From positions 682,001 to 707,671 of the forward strand of contig AP026155.1 of NCBI GenBank assembly GCA_030295235.1: 25,671 nucleotides of DNA. Direction: 5' to 3'. How positions within the stretch are numbered: the first letter of the stretch is position 1; the number at the start of each line of letters is the position of its first letter. Below are positions 21,955 to 25,671 of this stretch, in pieces. The notes under the pieces were generated by a model. That model was not told the DNA's origin and did not search any database. It was given only the letters and a program-made list of their open reading frames with translations. The stretch is from Fistulifera solaris (lineage: Eukaryota). The position numbers and the translations under genes were made by a program.

Positions 21955-23353
21955 ATGAAGACCTTCCTCAATGTTATTCTCCTTTTACATTCCTTGGTCT
22001 ATGTAGGAGCGACACTGCGTGGCAGTCATGAACCTCGCAGAAGGGAATTGTTTCAGCATCGTAAAAATGGAGTGGGCGCCTGAAGATTCTGCCATTTCGG
22101 ACGAATATATCATCGTGTTTGACGAGACAAGCACAGCAGATGAAGTGGATGGATTGCTTAAGCGATGGATGAGAACTCTTTTATCAACTGCAAAGATCGT
22201 GAATGAATACAATGGATTAACAATGAAGACGGTTGTCATCAAGCGAGTTTCTTTGCCCATTTTAAAACTCGTTTTAAACAGCAGCGTCGTCAAATATGTC
22301 GAGCAGAACCAAGTTATGGAGCCATCAGAAACAACTTCGTCCTGGGGCCTTGACCGGATCAACCAAATCAACCTACCGCTGGACAATTCCTTTACTGCGA
22401 CCGGAACGGGCGAAGGGGTCGATGTTTACATCATCGACAGTGGAATCATGCTGGACCACGATGAGTTCGAAGGAAGAGCACGATGTGGATACAACTCATT
22501 TTCCAACACAGTAGGCACTGGCTGTGATGATCTCCGGGGGCATGGATCACACGTGGCAGGGAGTAGTTGGAGGAAAAACCTGGGGTGTTGCCAAGAAGGC
22601 AAACCTTGTTGCCGTGAAAGCCCTCAATGATGACACGGGCTCAGGAACGCTTGCATCCGTGGTCGGCGCAGTTACATACGTTTGTGACCAGAAAATCAAA
22701 AATCCTGATCAACCAATCGTCGTCAACATGAGCATCAGCGGCAGTGGTCGAACACGTTCTCTGGATGAAGAGGTAGAGAGATGTAATTCAAGTGGTGTGA
22801 TATTCATCACATCTGCCGGAAACTCAAAGGCGATTCGTGCAGTTTCTCACCAGGAGCCACTGCCGGGTCGATCGCTGTTGGTGCGACTAAGAAAGACGAC
22901 AGCATGGCCCCATTTTCCAACTTTGGGGCCTGTGTGGACATTTTCGCGCCTGGATCAGAAATTCAATCCGTCGGAATAACTTCAACAACAGCGACGGCGT
23001 CGAAATCCGGAACATCAATGGCTTCCCCCTATGTTGCCGGAGCAGCAGCTCTCTACTTGGAACTAAACCCGTCTTGGACTGGAGACAACGTACGATCAGC
23101 ATTAAAGGAAACTGCCAGCACAGGTGTCATTACATCACTGGGAGCGGACTCGGAGAACGTACTGCTGAACATCTCCGGAGTTGGAAGTTCGAGCGGTGGT
23201 AGTAACAATGGAAGCAGCGGTTCCGATGCTGACGTACCAGCCGACACCGGCTCCGACAATACTTGTGTTGCACTTCTTGAACGATGTACGAGCCAAACAA
23301 ATTGTTGCGGATCGTGGAGATGTAGCAGCGCTTTTAAAGTATGCTGGTTTTGA
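21955..23353 (+). CDS. Secreted subtilisin-like serine protease (S8, proteinase K-like) with I9-like propeptide, Gly/Ser linker and C-terminal 6-Cys knottin-like domain; apparent frameshifts at about 22062-22078, 22559-22561 and 22826-22828
   Basis: Signal MKTFLNVILLLHSLVYVGA at 21955. Propeptide YIIVF...VKYVEQNQ, then WGLDRINQ. Catalytic D (IIDSG), H (HGSHVAG), oxyanion N (SAGN) and S (SGTSMASP). FSNFGACVDIFAPG. Confidence 0.88.
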
Positions 23354-23603
23354 TTTTACTGCGCAAAGAATTCCTATTTAAGATTGCTAAAAACGAAAAA
23401 TGACTTTCTAACATCTGAGTTCTTGTGATTAGTGCACAGATCTAACAATCATGATCCACAGCTACTGTCTGTCGCAAGAAAAGCGAAACGGTCAATTGTG
23501 GTAGCACATCGTCGCGCAATACAACAAGCCACATCGGAATCCAACAGAAACCGTGACTAGACCGATTCTTCTTTCGTAACTGCCGCGACACATACAAATA
23601 GCT

Positions 23604-24868
23604 TTATAAAAAAGCCAAGACACCACTCGTACTTAAACACCACGACAATAGCAGCGTCATAGGGACCACGGATGCGACATATAAACCGGTCAATAACTTA
23701 GCCATTCCCTGTGCTGGCAAACCGGCTAGCTGCAACAAAACGACCGCGTTTTGAGCGGGCGGCGATGCAACCCTGTAGCAACAGAATGAAATGAAAGATG
23801 GCAGATCGGGCGCTATGTCCTCCCAGCAATCCAGCACCAATAAGTAGGCGACACATTGTATAAGCAAGAAGCGGCATTACAATAAAGCGAGTGGCAAATA
23901 ATGTGACGAACGGCCAAGGCGAAGCTTTTTTGAATGAAATGGCTGTTGAATTTTCCAAGTCATCCTGCGGTAAAACTAAACTACCAGCAAGAACAAGCAT
24001 CACAGCCGGGAGATAGGCTGTGCCAAGTGTTGGCAAGCGCCTGTCACTGGTTGCAAAAATCCTCCGAAGAACAAATTTCCAAGTCTCGGCACACTTCCCA
24101 GCAACATTCCGATCAGACTACCAATGACGGGTGGGCTCAGAAATTGCTTGATTCCAGTAACTACTCTTTGAAGCGGCGAATTCGAGGCGCCATTTTCCGT
24201 CTTGCTGCTAGTCCCCGACAGAATAATTTTTCCAAAAGTCCAGAAAAGAGGCGACCAAGCGAGCAAGTAAAAAGACACCGCAGCTGCTGCCATACCTGCA
24301 AGAGGACTCCCCTTCTAAAAGAGCCGCTGAGAAGATTAGTGGCAACGGGCCCGCATTTGCAAACGTAGTGCACATTTGCACATGACGACGCGTTGTATCG
24401 TCACGAAAAAAAGCGCGAAGTCACCAGAGCCAGTGAAGCCCCAATAGCAATTTGCACAACACCTGCAATCGGCATTATCCAAAGCGACGGTTTCTGTGCA
24501 TTGGAAACACTGCGGAGAGTTCGCGCTACACTGACAAACAGAAATGTCGGTTGAAAAACGTGGTACGTCAGCTTCGACAGAGCTTTCACTGCATTTTTGT
24601 CGAGAATGTTGCGTTTCGCCAACATTCCACCTATACCAAGCGCACTAAGCAATTGCGCTGTAGCCGAAAGACTTGCTTTTACCACGACTGGATTCAACGA
24701 AGCATTTAATGTCACTGTAGGGCGAGCGTTGACGACCCTAGCTGGACTGAATTTCTTGCCGTGGATAGTTCCTCGACTTCTTCGTTCGATTCGCCTATGC
24801 AAAGTCGAATTGATGAGAGCACAAGCAACAGAAAAGTATGCAAGTGAAAGAAAGAACCGAGGTCGCAT
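23604..24868 (-). CDS. PIN-LIKES / auxin efflux carrier (AEC, Mem_trans) family transporter with N-terminal signal + transit-like extension; apparent frameshifts at 24406-24412, about 24309-24320, about 24035 and about 23764-23770
   Basis: Motifs across four frame changes: ALSKLTYHVFQPTFLF, MCTTFANAGPLPLIF, VSFYLLAWSPLFWTFG, LSPPVIGSLIG, TLGTAYLPAVMLVLAGSL, RFIVMP, PPAQNAVVLLQL. ATG at 24868 (MRPRFFLSLAYFSVACA); stop TAA at 23606-23604. Confidence 0.82.
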
Positions 24869-24892
24869 TTTTATGGATGAAAGATAACAGGA

Positions 24893-24951
24893 ATAATGAA
24901 TGATAAGTGATGAATGATGATTGATGATTGATGATTGATCGATGATCGATG
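24893..24951. repeat. (TGA/TGATGAT)-rich low-complexity repeat upstream of the transporter
   Basis: ...TGATGAATGATGATTGATGATTGATGATTGATCGATGATCGATG. Confidence 0.7.
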
Positions 24952-25215
24952 GTTGCTGTCTCAAGTGGTTATACGAGTTGGTTAGGGTTAGAAATTTGGA
25001 AATTCGGATAAGGAAGTTTTCGATTGATTTCGCATTTACATGGCTTCGCATGAAAACTACGCTCGACGTCAGCGTGGACACAAATCTGTCCATCCTATTT
25101 GCCACGTTTCAAGTACTTTCGTTGAAAACTATACTTCGACACTCAAATACCAAATAACGAATATCGATATTCACGTTATAATAGCGTATTATATCAGAGC
25201 CATTTTCCCAATATC

Positions 25216-25671
25216 GTTAGGGTTAGGAATAGGGTTAGGGTTAGGGTTAGGGTTAGGGTTAGGGTTAGGGTTAGGGTTAGGGTTAGGGTTAGGGTTAGGG
25301 TTAGGGTTAGGGTTAGGGTTAGGGTTGGGGTTAGGGTTAGGGTTAGGGTTAGGGTTAGGGTTAGGGTTAGGGTTAGGGTTAGGGTTAGGGTTAGGGTTAG
25401 GGTTAGGGTTAGGGTTAGGGTTAGGGTTAGGGTTAGGGTTAGGGTTAGGGTTAGGGTTAGGGTTAGGGTTAGGGTTAGGGTTAGGGTTAGGGTTAGGGTT
25501 AGGGTTAGGGTTAGGGTTAGGGTTAGGGTTAGGGTTAGGGGTTAGGGTTAGGGTTAGGGTTAGGGTTAGGGTTGGGGTTAGGGTTAGGGTTAGGGTTAGG
25601 GTTGAGGGTTAGGGTTAGGGTTAGGGTTAGGGTTAGGAGTTAGAGGTTAGAGGGTTAGGGTTAGGGTTAGG
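25216..25671 (+). repeat. Telomeric repeat array (TTAGGG)n, chromosome end
   Basis: About 455 bp of tandem TTAGGG running to the end of the window, with the G-rich strand pointing outward. Variant units occur at the proximal junction (TTAGGAATAGGG) and sporadically (TTGGGG, TTAGGGG, TTGAGGG). Confidence 0.98.

Noticed and set aside
1130..24412. Programmed ribosomal frameshifting or a non-standard genetic code as the cause of the broken ORFs
   Set aside because: The shifts go in both directions and share no slippery heptamer or AAA-stop motif. They fall mostly in ordinary homopolymers, and all three stop codons are used as normal terminators.
24869..25105. 79-aa N-terminal extension of ORF 24401..25105
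   Set aside because: It runs through TGAT low-complexity repeats. The signal-peptide-like sequence begins at ATG 24868, which is the more plausible start.
25040..25612. 190-aa ORF with (GL)n/(VR)n repeats
   Set aside because: It is simply the translation of the TTAGGG telomere array.
1..25671. tRNA/rRNA/snRNA genes, CRISPR arrays, transposases or reverse transcriptases
   Set aside because: I saw no cloverleafs, conserved RNA signatures, regularly spaced repeat-spacer units or mobile-element protein motifs. The remaining short ORFs are antisense or overlapping shadows of the called genes.

Overview
This is the terminal 25.7 kb of a eukaryotic chromosome arm, ending in a (TTAGGG)n telomere at 25216-25671. 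It is most likely from a diatom or other stramenopile alga. That is an inference from the short GT-AG introns, the compact gene packing, the bipartite signal-peptide + 'F' plastid-targeting presequences and the gene families present. I can reconstruct 12 protein-coding genes: a GRDP/DUF1399-like protein with a Gly/Cys tail exon missing from the ORF track, a proline-iminopeptidase-like alpha/beta hydrolase, two paralogous ankyrin-repeat proteins, an RGG-containing UPF1/NAM7-like SF1 helicase, a small putative plastid membrane protein, an orphan RNI/LRR-like protein, plastid-targeted acetylornithine aminotransferase (argD), a degenerate sulfotransferase-like membrane protein, a DUF6816-like putative lumenal protein, a secreted proteinase-K-type subtilisin ending in a cystine-knot (ICK)-like module, and a PIN-LIKES/AEC-family transporter starting about 350 bp from the telomere. 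About 14 small frameshifts, mostly in homopolymers and denser near the telomere, break 7 genes. They most likely reflect long-read consensus errors rather than pseudogenes. The most interesting leads are the subtilisin-knottin fusion, a multi-hairpin structured element at 2281-2488, the absence of a subtelomeric buffer, and the presequence-bearing PILS transporter. All calls come from reading the sequence and recalled family motifs; no database searches were run.
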